In this document: one piece after another, positions 37,548 through 51,815 of the stretch
Layout: every line of letters begins with the position of its first letter
Position numbering within the stretch: position 1 is the first letter of the stretch
Assembly (NCBI GenBank): GCA_012026655.1
Contig: JAAILG010001346.1
Location: forward strand, 1-64,000
Source of the DNA: Hydrolagus affinis
Taxonomy: Eukaryota
Direction of reading: 5' to 3'
Length of the DNA stretch: 64,000 nt
The notes under the pieces: generated by a model
Database searches by the model: none
What the model was told of the DNA's origin: nothing
Seen by the model: the letters and a program-made list of their open reading frames with translations, nothing else
Program-made: the position numbers and the translations under genes

Positions 37548-38341
37548 ACTAATGTACACAACCAACATGACTCTTATCTGCTTCAGTGAACAGATGCTAT
37601 GTACTTGTTTGCAAATCCCAAATTTGCTTGCTATTGACTTAAAGGTCACACCAATGCCAATAGCTGGATTGCAATGAAGTTGTTCCATTCATCATATGCT
37701 GTGGGTTGATCGTAACTATCAGCAAAGCCTGGAAGTGTACTTAAGATTCATTCCCCTGAACAAAAGAAGTTTGTAGTTTGGTGTTTGGTTTACTCTGCAG
37801 ATATCATAAAAGGGTAACTAGGCTTGAACTATATTAAAAAAAAGCTGAAGGAAGTAGTAATGTACATTTAAACTATTCGCCAGCTTTAGGCGTGATCGTT
37901 ACGTGTGATATGTGCGCAGGACGATAAGAAAGACAACACACGAAACATTGCAGATGTTGGAAATTTGACAAAAACAGAAGTAGCTGGGAAATCAAAAAGG
38001 CAATCCACGCTTTGTCCTCCGCTAGAATTATAATGAATGTCCAATCTTTAAAGCGTAGAGAATGCCAATGTCTACACCAATGTCTAAATTGATGGGAAAA
38101 AGCTTGTTACTGCCACTAGTCAGATCTGCCTCCTCCTTCCACGTGTACGATTGAGGACAGTTGTATTTTTTACTGCAGGGGGCAGTACAGTATAGCGTAT
38201 CCTTCAAACCCCACTGTTGGCATTCTTTGTCGGCTTTGAATGACAAAGTAAGTTTATGTACGAAGGCAAATCTAAATGATGTAACCCGGAGGCAGCCTTG
38301 AAACCGATAAGCATTATTTTGCATGTCATATTAACCCTTTA

Positions 38342-38682
38342 GGTCCCGTGGCTCAGTGATTAGAGCACTTGTTTTATAAGCTGGGGAGACCAAGCTGGGG
38401 AGACCTGCGTTCGAATCCAGGCAGGTCATGGCGAAACCTTGGGCAAGTTTCCTTACTCCACACGCCTAATAATAATCTTTCCCCCAAAAAAAACCACAAT
38501 AATAAAATTGGTCATTTCAATCCATGACTGTTGTGGGACACTGCCGTGCGCAATTGGCTGCCACGATTCGCCCACAAATATATACAGTCAATTCACTTTA
38601 CAGTATATTGTGTGAAGCGCTTTGGGACGTCGATAAGATGTGAAAAGCTGCTATATCAAATGCAAGGATTATTATTATTATT
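38342..38682 (+). mobile_element. Full-length copy of the dominant SINE, with an internal duplication aagctggggagacc x2
   Basis: Head gtggctcagtgattagagc, B box gttcgaatcc, same core and (tta)n tail. Confidence 0.9.
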
Positions 38683-38959
38683 GTTTACGGTACAAAAGCA
38701 ATTGCCTATTATCACCTGTTTTCTGCCTTGTAGTTTTTGCAGCGTGTTTAAATGAGCACGATTGCAATCTTCTCTTTCCTTCAAGGTTTGTGAAAAATAA
38801 CAGTCAAGTTCCTGCTCCACTTGTAGATTGTAACATTTCCACATCAGCGAGGCTCCATGCTGACTGGGTGAGGTGGGGAGTCCATCAATAAACAGTGGTA
38901 CTGTCAGTGTCTGAGGTGAGGAGGCGCTAATAATAATACGGTAATAATAATATCACAAT

Positions 38960-39225
38960 ATAATAATCCTTTCATTTGATATAGTGCTTTTTACATCTTC
39001 TAGACGTCTCAAAGCACTTCAGAGAATATACTGTAAAGTGAATTGCCTATATATTTGTGGGCGAAACACGGCAGCCAATTGTAGTGTCCCACGAACAGTC
39101 ATGGCTTGAAATGACCGATTTATTATCTTTATTTTTATTGAAGGATTATTATTAGGCGTATGGAGCAAGGAAACTTGCCCAAGGTTTCGCCCTGCCTGGA
39201 TTCGATAACACAAATCTCAGGCTTG
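38960..39225 (-). mobile_element. SINE copy, 5'-truncated
   Basis: Reverse-complement tail, core and B box. Confidence 0.85.
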
Positions 39226-40489
39226 TGTGAGTCATATGGAAGGGCTTCGGCCTTGTCAACATTTCAACTGGAGAAAGTTAGCTCTCATCCAGGACTCGAT
39301 GTCTGACAAACAATCTCAGGTCAGCGGTGGAGCAGGAGTTGAGGGTGGAGCCAGAGAGATAGAGTTGATTGTCATCTGAATGCACTGACAGAAGTGTCAG
39401 CCCTAGATAGTAAGAGTTTTTCAAAGTCCTGAGGTAGAGCTTGAATCCACAACCTTCTGACTCATTGTAAGAGTGTTACCAATTAAGCAAGGCTGGTAGC
39501 TTTCATATAAAAACACATATAGGAAAGTGTGTATAAAACATTCACAAATGTGAATGTCTTTGGAAACACATTCACAGATTCTTCATGATTTGCGACAAGG
39601 ATTATGATGTGAAAATAATTCCTCGATTGTGTTACTAATTAATAATAATAATAATCCTTACATATGATATAGCGCTGAATCAAGTCTTCGAGACGTCTCA
39701 AAAGCGCTTCAGAGAATTGACTATCATTCGTGGGCGATACGGGCAGCCAATTACCCACAGCAGTGTCCCACAAACAATCGTGGTTTGAAGTGAACAATTT
39801 CAATTTTGTTTTGTGGCATTGTGGCATCCTCCCAATCAGCTGTGATTCAATACGAGTTTTGGCAGTGGGTATTTTACATGTGGTCTTTTAACAGCTCACA
39901 GAAAGAAAAGGCAGTAAGCTCCTTGGACTTGGGCTGATACCCAGAGGTGGAATACAGTGTTCTCACACACTGTGACACCTCATCTCCCACAGACAACATT
40001 TGGCCATCAAGGGAACACTGTTGGTGGAGTCAACAGAAAGTTTGGCAGTGGGAACTATACTGCAGGACCTTATGCGCGCAGTAATATTTTACAGCACTGT
40101 AAATCATTACTGCAAGTTCAGATGTAATATTCCTAAATAAATGTGCTTAATAGAACAGGTTCCAAAGAGGCTTTTTTTTCTGTTTTTCTCTCTCTCTCTC
40201 TCTCTCGCTCTCTCTAATGGTGTTTAGTGAATCACTCGCTGTTCTGAGTTCACCGCTGTCACTGTTTTTGATTAGGGCTGAACTGACTTGTGCACTTTCG
40301 AGTTGCAGCTCTCGACTGTTGCATCCTTTGTACTCGTTGGCACAGAAAATATCAAGGACTTTGTTGCGTTGGCAGAGGTCTACGGATTCGCTGGCACATG
40401 TATGTGTTGTGGCAAAATACTTTGGAATAAACAGAATCAAACGTATTGCGAAATACAGTCCTATCGTTTATACCGAGGTCGCAGGGAAT

Positions 40490-40695
40490 GAGCGGACCTT
40501 GTCGACTTAGGGGTTTTTCGGGATAAACGAGCGCACGGTCGAATCGGAAGGTCTTCAGACGTGACCTGAAGATGGGGAATGAAGGGGCAAGGCGGAGAGA
40601 CAAAAGAAGAGTGTTGCAGAGTTTTGGGGGCGCAGAGGCTACAAGTGCAGCCTGCAATGGAGGAGTGGGGGACACAAGGAGCACGCAGAATGCAG
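40490..40695 (-). mobile_element. LINE-2 3' fragment
   Basis: APPKLCNTL...FRSRLKTFRFDRA on the minus strand. Confidence 0.7.
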
Positions 40696-42414
40696 AAGGC
40701 GTCCACTTATTGACTGGATTGAAACTGAAAGATTTGAAAATGCTGCAGAGTCTGTTGGAAGCGTTTGCATGTACAGTATTTCACATCAATGCTGAGAATT
40801 AGAAGCGTTCACTCGCATGCATTTGATATAAGCTACTGTAAATAAAGTTGATGTGTTATTTAAGAGCAGACCGCGTAAGAGCACAACCGTGTGCGTTTTG
40901 GATTAGCGCCTGTAGCTCATAATCGTTTGCTTCCACTTCTTTCGGCGGTGGCTCGGAATGAGCAGCAATGCTCTGCGATCCCTCCTCACACATGCTAAAT
41001 ACTTCTCTGCAAGTCAGGTGCCGAATCCTGTCACTGTTTGACTTCTGCACCATTGTTTTCAGGTGTCTCGGCATCTTGTTGACAGATGATATCCTCATCT
41101 GGCAGGGCTGCAATGCGCTTCTTTCTCACTTGCATCCACGTTCACAGCGGGAACCGTGAACTCTTTTGGCAAACCAAGAGCTTGGTACGTTATCTGATCT
41201 CCGCAGTCTTCTTCAGCCATGACAGGCGTGGGCTGCGAATCCACGCAAGCCACGGAAGTTATCGAGGCAAGAGAGGGAAAGGGAATGCAGGGGGATGGTA
41301 TCAGGGATGAGTGTGTACAGTCAATCGACTTCACGGGGTATCCTGTGGAGCGCTTTGAGACTTCTGAAAGACATGATAAGGCGCTGTCTCAAACGCAAGG
41401 GTTACTTCTGAGTGGTTTTGGCCTATGAGCGGAGACGGCAGGAACCGGGAGCTTTTGTTTTTTTAGCTGAAGCTGAAACCGGTTGAGAGGTGACCTAAAA
41501 GACGACTTTGAAATGATGACGGATTTTGACAAAATCAAAAGGGGACAAATGATTCCCACTGGACTCGGTGAGTCAAACCAAACTTATCCATGTTGTTTTC
41601 TGTGTGTGTTTGTTTTTCTCTCTCCCTCCACCCCCCCTCCTCCCCCCCAAAGCCGTGCGTTTTATGTTGTGTACACTATAGCCCCCATAATTTCAACAAA
41701 ACTATGGCCCATAAACAGGAGGCAAATGGCATCATTGCAGAAAGCAAACAAAGGAACCTCCTGCGAGACGTGTTTTGTGTATCTCTAAACTATTCTTTAT
41801 CTACCCTGGCATCTCTGGTCCCACAGGCAGACTGATATCTGTGCAATCGCTTTGATACATGCCAAGCACCTCAGAAGATTGAAAAAAAACACTGTCTGCA
41901 TCACATTTTATATCTCTGCAGAGCATTGCATGTTAAGTGCAAGAGTCAGACACTGTCTTGATAACTTCCTGCTTCACTTGTTGTATCAGTATATTGTTTG
42001 TGCAGTAGACACTATATGTACACAGTTACTTCTGAGTGTTTTCCGATCGCACGGAGGGATAAGCGCCGCAAATCTGAGACACAAATCAGAATGATCAGTG
42101 CTTGGCTCAGATCGGACCTGCATTTCTCTACGAAACGGACAAAGATTCATGGAAGTGGAATGCACTATTTTCTGAAAAGTTTTAACTCTTGAGTTTAACA
42201 AAAGAAGTGCTATCACTTGCCCTGCCAAACCTAATGTGGAGCATTCGGTAACTTCTAAGACTTGTTTATCAAAGGAACACATCCCTTTTATTTTAGCTTT
42301 TGTGTGCAACAGGATTTTGTTCACAAAAAAATTAAACACTAAGCTAGAGTTCCAATGTTATCTCACAGACAAGTGCTCGCAGTACGTCATTTGTCCTGTT
42401 TGTGAAAAAAAAGT

Positions 42415-42590
42415 CATCCTTGCATTGCATTTGAGCATCTTATCACCTCTTTGAGACGTCCCAAAACGCTTCACAGAATATTAGTATCAAGTGAGTTGAC
42501 TGTATATTTTGCGGGCGAAACACGGCAGCCAATTGCACAGAGCGGTGTCCCCCACAAACGGTCGTGAATTGAGTGACCAAATTATTTTTT
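42415..42590 (-). mobile_element. SINE 3' half
   Basis: Reverse-complement tail and core. Confidence 0.75.
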
Positions 42591-43422
42591 GTAAGATTTG
42601 CTCACCCAGGTGTACGAGGAAATCATTCACGATAAGGTTGTATTTGGGAATGTGTGTTTGGAGTTGAACTCTTGAAGCTTTGCGCAATGTAAATTTACAA
42701 CCATGTCTTGATCCACTTCAATAAATGACTTGACCTTGGAATTGTTAAACAAATGACAAATTTGAAGTTAGCAACGTGTATTCTGTTCATAATCCAACGT
42801 GTCCGAATGCAATCAAGGAGAGCAGCCTAAATACTAGAGGTAGTAGTCGCTAAATGATTTGTAAATTCCTTATCCTTTCCAACTCAAAACCATTTGAAGA
42901 GATTAAGCTTTTGTATTTTTCAATTTAAGCTGCATTTTGAATTGCAATCAAAGCTCTTGTTGATGAAATAATGGTGCGGTGGATAATTACTGGCACAGAG
43001 TTGCTTACAAAAGCCGGAATTCTAACGTGCATTGATGTGACAATGGAATACAAGAGCGAGGTTTGAACACGTGGTCGGTAGTTCAGAGGGATCAAATCGT
43101 TGCCATAAACTCAGCGTTTGTTTTTCTATTCCTTCATAATGCACATAGTCTGTTTTATTTCATTTTTTTTTACTTGAATTCAACGCTGTGTTATTGACGT
43201 GCTTATAGTGATTGGTAGTGAGATTAGTAAAACTGGGGTATGGACTGAGAGAGAGAGAGAGAGAATCTGGCACTTCACAAGGTGTTATTGCGGTTTTAAG
43301 AGGATTGTTCTCTATGAAATTACAGGATTATACACTGTAAAAATGATTGAGCGATTCTCAAACTTTCAAACTTATGACACGTGTGTGGCAGCCTGACTCA
43401 GTTAGCAACACTCTTACTTTTC

Positions 43423-43700
43423 AATAATAATAATCCTTGCATTTAATGCAGCGCTTTTCACGTCTTCTAGACTTCTCAAGGCACTTCACAGAAAATACTG
43501 TAAATTCTGTGGGTGAAATGCGGCAGCCGATCGCGCACAGCAGTGTCCCACAAACACTCGTGGATTGAATTGCCGAATTTATCTTTTTTTTTCTTAAGCA
43601 ATTATTATCAGGCGTGTAGAGTAAGGAACTCGCCCAAGGTTTCGCCCTGCTGGGAACTGAACTCAAGTCTCTTGCTTGCGAGGCGAGTGCTCTAACCATT
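43423..43700 (-). mobile_element. SINE copy
   Basis: aataatccttgcattt...cagtgtcccacaaac...gagtgctctaacca. Confidence 0.85.
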
Positions 43701-46700
43701 GCAGATCATCTCCTTGATGTGACTTCTCAATTGAACCTCCACACCGGCCTTCGAGCTCCACAAGCACCGGCTTATCCCAAACCAGAGCCACTTGCAGTGT
43801 AAATATTTCCCGATAAGCCCGTGTTAACGGGTTTAAATACCGTACTGTGCCATCGGTGCAAAAATGCCCTTGTTGTCATTTTCCTCTTATTACGCCGACG
43901 CACACATTTGGTGCCAAATCACAGCTTCATCTTGGGGGATTTCAATAACCTAAAGCGGTCACATTCTACTGAGTGACGGGGCTTAGTGGTAAATCGCTTT
44001 CCAGTTAGAAGATTTAGAGACAGCAATGTGGACTTAAATCTCTTAGTTTGCTTTCCTAAACTAGCTTAAACCACTTGCTGATCCTCATTACAGTTTGGCT
44101 CATGGGATTAGGCGCAAGGTTTTCGCAAATGTAAAATACAGCAAAAGCAGCTTTAGTGAAAATGCCATTACTCTTTTAATAGCCGCTGCAAAACGCTATT
44201 TACACTGAGAAATTTCATTTGCTCGCAATGCTTTTTTTTCTTCTTCTTCTTCCGGGACACGGGGTAATGGTAAATCACTGAAGTTTATCGTTCCGGCACA
44301 AATGGCATTAGCGTTCAGATTGTAAACGTCACAATATGTTGCGGTGGCGAATGCTGACGCAAATAGGCGCCATCCAACATTGACAGGTGCCAAAAGAGAG
44401 ATTCCATGTCACAGGATCTCTTGACCTCTGTGAGTGATGTATGGCTGTGCAACATCACACAGGCTCATGTAAAGGCACTGGAAGTAAGGACTCTTCCCCC
44501 AGTACTCATAATACTGGACGTTTATTCGTGTATTATCGTCAGTAATCCAATCTGAGAGATGTAATGACAAATGTAAACCACTCAAACTTTGCTCTTATGT
44601 TTAAAAAGGGATCTGAAACCCTTGATTGCTATTTGCTTCTTAATTCACTGACAGCCGAAACTGGAGTCTGTGGGCACTCACTGACTACTCCCCAGTGATC
44701 CAGTGTTCCGAGGACTGTATAAACGCAAGGTGTAGATGTTGAAGCTGCTGTTTGTCCAAAAGGTTGGCGGAGGTCAGGGCATTTGTAGAGCTTGCCATTG
44801 CCTGATAAGTAGATGTTATGAAACAAAGCATAATTAAACGCATGGTGGGCCATTATTCCTGTCCCTAATACTCTCTGGAATTAAGCAACTTGCTTCATTC
44901 ACCCTGGAAGGGGGTGGCAGGAGAGTGTGCAGTCCATTCTATTACACAGAAGTTTCCATGGCTTACATGGAACCCTCAGTTTGGATACTCTTTAAGCACA
45001 GTAATGGATTTGTGCAAGTGTCAGCTCCTGTTAACCCTGCAAGCCTTTAGTGCCAAGAGTTACAAAAGACAATCGTTATTTGGCTTTACGCCACAGTTCA
45101 AGAGCAAATCTAAAGAGTAGCACCTGCTAATCTATACATGTTATTGTGGGGGGGGACTCGAAAGTTTAGTCCATGGTATTGCTTTTTCTCAATGCTGCAA
45201 TGACAGAGATGCCGTCCTTTAGGTGAGATGTTGAGCCGAGATCCCGTCTACCACAGCTCTCTCCGAAAAGCGAAGGGGGGAGTTTCTCTCTCCCCGTGTC
45301 CTCGCCAACAACCTCCCACAGTGTCCCACAAACAACCATCGAGTGAACGACCAACAAAATTGTTCATTCACTTCACGGCTGTCTGTGGGACGTTGCTGTG
45401 CATAAATTGGCTGCCACATTCGCCTACAAATACACATTTACTGTATGTCAAATACAAGGATGATAGTTTTATTATCAATAGAGTCAGACCGACACTATCA
45501 CTGGATCTTCTAAAAACTCATTTTTTTTCCCTACCCTCCAGTCATCCACATTGGATCCAGAGGTCTCCAAAGGCTTGGAAAGAAATCTTTATCTTTATTT
45601 GATAAACTCTGTCACATATTATTTATGATATGGTACAAAATCTATCAGGCGATGTGGTAATATTACATACAAGATGCCTGTTGAATTCTGCTGCCACCTA
45701 GTATATTCATTGCCTCCTGGCAGGTTTAAGACGTGTTGCTTGCAGCTGAAGTCACAACAGTTCCAATTTGTTCTTCCAACAGCTTTGTAAATCCAAACCG
45801 ATAGAGCTGAATATTCAAGTGATAAACACTTGAAAAATCCCAATAAAAATTGCGTTTGTTTTATAATTAAGAAAAGCGTTTTTTTTTCTCTAATGATAAA
45901 TTAAAATACTCCCGAAGTATTTTACCAGAACAGAACTATTCCAGCCATGTTCTACAAACACAAGCAGCTTCTATCGCGCCTTAACACAGGGTAACTCCTC
46001 AGAGCGCCGGGAACAGAATCCACATTGGGGACCAGTAAAATATCCAACGTGATTCATAGGGGTTGTATGTAGGTGTAACAGCTCAGCTCAGTATGTGCCA
46101 GTCAGGCTCAGTGTGTGTGTGCCAGATAGGCTCACATAGGGTGATGGCTCATTTATTCCTGTACAGTATAGATGCTGATATAATCAGATATTTCTCTTAA
46201 CAATCCTGGTGTGAATGAAACGGACCCACTGCAGAAAGTTTGTAACTAACAGGATATTTTGAAAATAATTTTTCTAAAATTTATTGATTATTAGTCAACA
46301 CTAAAAAATCAGCCTTTTTCTTTCATTCCCCTCCAGTCAGGCTCAACTGTGATTTTCTTTTCTTATTAGAAAGGATCAGATGATATGTTTCCGATCAATT
46401 CTGCAGGGTGATTGTTTAAAAACAATTGTTTCATCTTCAGTTCCACAAAAGCCTTTGTGCTTCATGTTATGGCCTTTGAGTGATTAAGCACATAAAATGA
46501 CAAACAAGTTTGCCTTGCACTTGTCTTCTTCCTTCTCTAGACAGATAATCACCTCAAGCCCGTTTAGTTGCTCTGTCAGTCACCAATACCAAGGCCGCTA
46601 TCTCTCCCCCCAAATATATTCACAGAGTCAGTCTAGGGGATATACTTATTGCAACTTAAGTGGTGAGCGTGTCAGCCGATGCCAAGATTTGAAGCTTCTT

Positions 46701-46875
46701 GAGATAGCCAATGTGCGAGACCAAGTGGCTGTAAGATGCCATAGATTCACACTAGAGACCAGAGCTGCCAACCAGTACGTTTTTGCCATATTTAGTACGG
46801 TAAATTGAAGTAAATACGTTAGTACGATTTTTCTTGTTAAAATACGTTGTTTGGAAAATCCGAAATGTTACATGC

Positions 46876-47140
46876 TCTGTCTGTCTGTCTCTCCTTCTCT
46901 ATGTCTCTCTCTTTCTCAGTCTCTCTCTGTGTCTCTCTCTCTTTCTGTGTCTCTCTCTCTCTTTCTGTGTCTCTTTCCCTCTCTCTGTCTGTCTCGGTCG
47001 CTCTCTCTTTCTCTCTCTCTCTGCTGCTCTCTGTATCTCTCTCTTTCTGTATCTCTGTCTCTCTGTCTGACTCTCTGGCTGTTACAATCTCACTCACAGT
47101 CTCTCTCTCTGTCTTTTTCTTTCTCTTTAACTCTCTCTCC
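46876..47140. repeat. Compound (CT)n/(CTGT)n microsatellite
   Basis: Directly visible; explains the spurious ORFs in 46834-47194. Confidence 0.95.
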
Positions 47141-47574
47141 TGCCTTCAATTGCAGTGCTACCTTATGCCGTCGCTGATACACTGTAAATGTTAGCGCTAG
47201 GCTAGGCGCTAGACATTACCTGGAACAATTTTTTTCATGTACGGAAACACAGTAGGGACCTCCCGCTTAACGCAATTTTTGCTTAACGAGAGGTTTTTGA
47301 AGTCCCATTTTACTTGGCATCTTTTCGCGCTGTAATTTTTTCGTTAAGTACCAATAGGTTCTGGGCGAAATACTTTTTTTTACTACAAAATACTGTTTTT
47401 AGCTTTCAGGAGTACTTATTTTTGTTAAAAAAAAAAGGTTGGCAGCTCTGAGAGACACTCATTTACTCCCATTAATTTCTGGTTAGGTTTTTTCATATCT
47501 AGAATTGAAGCTCACCGTTGTGCAATGTTGTTCAATGAAACATTTCATGATGATATTCATACATTCTTACAGTC

Positions 47575-47850
47575 TTACCAGCGCAAGACCTGTGTTCGAA
47601 TTCAGGCAGATCAGGGCGAAACTTACTCCACACACATGCCTCATAATAATCCGTCCAAGAAAAAACCCACAATAATAAAAATTTGTCATTTTCAATCCAC
47701 AACTGTTTGTGGGACATTGCTGTGTGCAGTTGGCTTCCACATTTCGCCCACAAATATATAATCAATTCACTTTACAGTACATTCTACGAAGCGCTTTGAG
47801 ACGTCGATAAGATGTGAAAAGCTCTATAGCAAATGCAAGGATTATTATAT
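47575..47850 (+). mobile_element. SINE copy
   Basis: gttcgaattc B box, core, tail gcaaggattatta. Confidence 0.85.
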
Positions 47851-48699
47851 TCATGGCATGTTACACCTAGGCTTCAATGTGGGTGGGTTTAAATAAATTG
47901 GGAATGATTCATTAGTTCCTTTTGAAAATTAGAATATGGTTACTGTATTGGTCCCTTGATTCCTCAACTAGGAGGGTTACTTTTGGGGAAATTTAATATC
48001 ACCTTTTTTTTCATTTCCCCTCCTCAAATGTGGAATTCTCAATTTGAAATGTACAGCTTGTCTGGTCTAGTGCCAGCCAGCTGCCACTTTCATTCAACTT
48101 CAGCTTGGTAAAACTCCCGGAAAATAGATGTAGTCACAGATACTGAAACTACGCAAAGTCTTAAGTGCAAACAAGTCGTGAGGTTACATTTCCCTTTCTG
48201 GTTGGCTGTGTGTGTGCAGCGCTGACGAGTCTTGCCAGCATTGTATGTTCCTAACAGCAGAGGTCCTCATCACCCAGCCCTTGAATTTATCACTCCTATG
48301 TTTGTAGCTGGGTGGTGTCCTCAAGTCTCTCAATCAAAGCGTCAGACCATCACTTCCCTGTCAAACCCTCTGACCCTCATTATATTTCTGGAAGAGCTTG
48401 TCTGAGACGATTGAGAAAAAGAATAGTTATTAAACTGTGTTGCCTCACCGGTAGAACAATGTGGCAGAACAAACAGAAGCGAAAGAACCTTTTAGAAAAG
48501 GTTCGTTGCTTTTTTTTTCTGTCAGTCAAAGAGAGTGACAGTGAGGAGGGGGGTGGAAGGCATCTCACATGTCAATAACAGCAACGTACATTTATATATA
48601 GCGCCCTTAATCGCAGACAGCATCTCGGAGTGCTTAGTTGTCTTCACAAGACTCCTCTAAATTGTGCAACAGCTCGAACACAAAAATCCTATTTACTGT

Positions 48700-49016
48700 A
48701 TAATCCTTGCATTTGATATAGCAGCTTTTCACATCTTATCGACGTCTCAAAGCGCTTCACAGAATATACTGTAAAGTGAATTTGACTGTATAATTGTGGG
48801 CGAATAGTGGCAGCCAATTGCGCACAGCAGTGTCCCCACAAACAGTCATGGATTGAAATGACCCAATTTTATTATTGTGTGTTTTTTTTGGCCAGATTAT
48901 TATTAGGTGTAATGTATGTGTTTGTGGAGTAAGGAAACTTGCCCAAGGTTTCACCCTGATCTGACTGGATTCGAACACAGGTCCTACGCTCCTCTAACCA
49001 CTGAGTTACAGGAGCT
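48700..49016 (-). mobile_element. SINE copy, near full length
   Basis: Reverse-complement tail, core, ggattcgaac, ctaaccactgagttaca. Confidence 0.88.
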
Positions 49017-51534
49017 CCACGAATGTATGAATGTTTCACTCCCTGTAGAACGGTGCCTGTGAAACAATACAAGAATTGAAATACCAGGGGGAGCAACAAC
49101 AACTTGCATATCGCAACTTTTATTTCACGCCCTTCACATGAGTTTAAGCAACACTTTGAAACTCGTATCGTTCTAAGGTGACACTCCAATACAATGTTGG
49201 GGGTGGGGGGACTGCATTGTAAGAGCTATCGACCTTCAGAAGAGACATTAAACTTGCTCAGATGATGTTAAAGACCCCATCGCACTGTCCTAAAAGCATG
49301 GAAGTTTCTCCTATTGTCCGACCTAACACTCCCCCAAATGCTGTTTGTTTGCCAATTGCTGTGTTTAGCTAGACACTTTGCAGTAAATCTTGTAAAACGC
49401 TTTGAGACATCATCCTGACATGAAAGGCTCTGTCTGTATCAAATGTAAGGATTATTATTGTTTTCGTACGTATAAATTGCCTGACATTCTCCAGAATAGA
49501 GTATTCAAAGCACGTGTACAGTGAGTGTTTAATAAAGGTTTCAGGACAATTCTCATTGCGGGTGTACATTTCTGGCGATGACAGAGCGAGACTTCCCATT
49601 TGACCCCCTCCACACACTCATACACAAGAACTTTTGAGTTGGTTAGATATTTACAAGCTTATAGTCTGGATTGAATTTTCTCTCAGAGCTAAAAGTATAG
49701 AATTAACATGAAAGGGATGCGATGTGCATACGTTCGATCAAAGCAAGGTTAGGACTGCTTATTTAAATACAGACACTTCCATTGAAAATCAAGTGACAAG
49801 ACAGCAGCTTTACCCGCATGTGGATCAAATCAAAATTATCCAGTAATTGACTCTTTACAAGGTCTAACAGTATTGTAATGGACTGACTATTAAGACTTTG
49901 AGTATTTATAGATGGGTCCAAAGTTTTGGGATGAAGGCAGCATACCATTAAGAGCTGTTTTACAAGTCTGTAGAATTAAATGTATTAGCCTAAAAATGCA
50001 CTGGTGCTGACTCTTCAAGCCTGGGATTAGAAAGAGTGGCAGTAGTCCTTGTGTGAACTGGGTAGTGGTGAACCAGTGGGACACAGTGAATAGTCTTTAA
50101 AAATCAACTCCAGATGAGTCTGTCTGGCTGGTTTAGAAGACAAATTCTGTTTCTGTGATGTCCTGACTATTTGCCGGGCCATGTATAATAGAGATCGGCT
50201 ATTTTATAAAAAAAAAGAAGGAGCTTCTTGTGAATTTTTAAATGGAGATTATTGTGAATGTTTGAAGTTGTCTGAGAATTTTGTGAACTTTGAACTTATA
50301 TTATTGATAAGAATTGGATGACATGCAGTTAGCTTAATTTTTATTTTAGATAAAATATAACTGTGAATCTTTCTTACTTCATTCCATCCCCTCCACCACC
50401 ACACCAATATAGAATTCTAAGCGAACTCAAAAAGAGTTGAAATATGTTTACATTTTAGTTTGGGTTTAATGCCTATTTCACGATAAATATTCAATACAAT
50501 ATGATTCCTTCAATACTTCAAGATTTCCCACGAAATGCGTCAGACACTACATTTTACAGTAAATCCCGCAAAGCACTTTGAGATGTCCTCCCGCGTGAAA
50601 GACGCTATGTCAAAGCGATATTATTAAAAAGCATTGTTTTAACTATCCTTTCTCATTCCATCGCTGAGTACAAGATCATTCTTGGTTTTATGGGATACTG
50701 CTGCGCGCAATTGGATGCCACGTTTCACCCACAATTACACAGTCAATTCACTTCTCTGTATATTCTGTGAAGCGCTAGTAAACGTGAAAAGCGCTATATC
50801 AAATGCAAAGATCATTATTATAGTGAGGGTGATATGCTATAGGTCCATGAGATCGCAGTGAAACTTGAAGGAACGGTAGCAACAACAGCTTACATTTACA
50901 TTATGCCCTTCAATCTGATTAACATTTCGGATAACTAGAAAGTTGGGTAAAGGAGAGGAAACGGAGGATTGTTATTCATGGTGGAGAGATGAGTGGTGTC
51001 CCCAGGTGTCAGGATCACTGTTCACCACCTTTTATTACAGATGATCTGGATGCTGAACAATAAATGGTATGCAACTTCAACTCACAAGGTGATGTAGGCA
51101 AGATTAGTCCAATGGGTAGAGAAATACTAAATTTAATGCAGACAAATGGGAGGTTATACATTTTGGGAAGAACAACAAGGAGAACAAGTAAGTGTATAAT
51201 GGGCAGTAAAATATTAAAACAACAAAAATTACATTTGTAGAGTGTCTTTCATGTCAGGAGGATGTCCCAAGTCCCTGGGAAAAAGGAAGGGACAAGCAGA
51301 AGGACCTAGGATTTAATGTCCATAAATCCTTAAAGGTGGTATAGGCAAGTCGACAAAGCTGTCCATAAAAAAGCTAATTCTAGCGGTGAAATTTGAGTTA
51401 TTCTGGACGTGTAAAACTGGGAACTTATCTCAATTCTGTCCTCAGAGAATAATGCCCACTTCCATACACACAGATGGAACAGACCCTTGAAACTCTGATT
51501 TTGTAAAGCTTTATGCTTTTTATGGAGAAAAGCA

Positions 51535-51815
51535 AACAACAACAACAAAATTACATTTATAGAGCCTTTCAGGTCGGGAAGACATCCCAAGGTGCTGAAT
51601 AGTCAGGTCAGGACTCGAGCAAGGAAGAGGGGCAGGGTAGTGGGGAGAGGCGGGAGAGAGTTAGGAGGGGAGGGAAAGAATTGGCAGAAGGCATAGTCGA
51701 AGAGGAGGGTCTTGAGAGGGTAGAGTGGCTGAAAGCCTGTTCGCCGATGGTAGGGCAGGTCGGGCGGAGGACATGGAGCAGGCCGGAGCCTGCTGAACAG
51801 AGGGGGCGGGCAAGT
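51535..51815 (-). mobile_element. LINE-2 3' fragment
   Basis: SAGSGLLHV...TIGEQAFS, with a (caa)n tail on the plus strand. Confidence 0.75.

Noticed and set aside
38342-39225. Inverted SINE pair able to form a long hairpin
   Set aside because: Intergenic with no evidence of transcription; expected by chance at this SINE density.
46834-47194. Overlapping S/L-rich and R/E-rich ORFs
   Set aside because: Artefacts of the (CT)n microsatellite.
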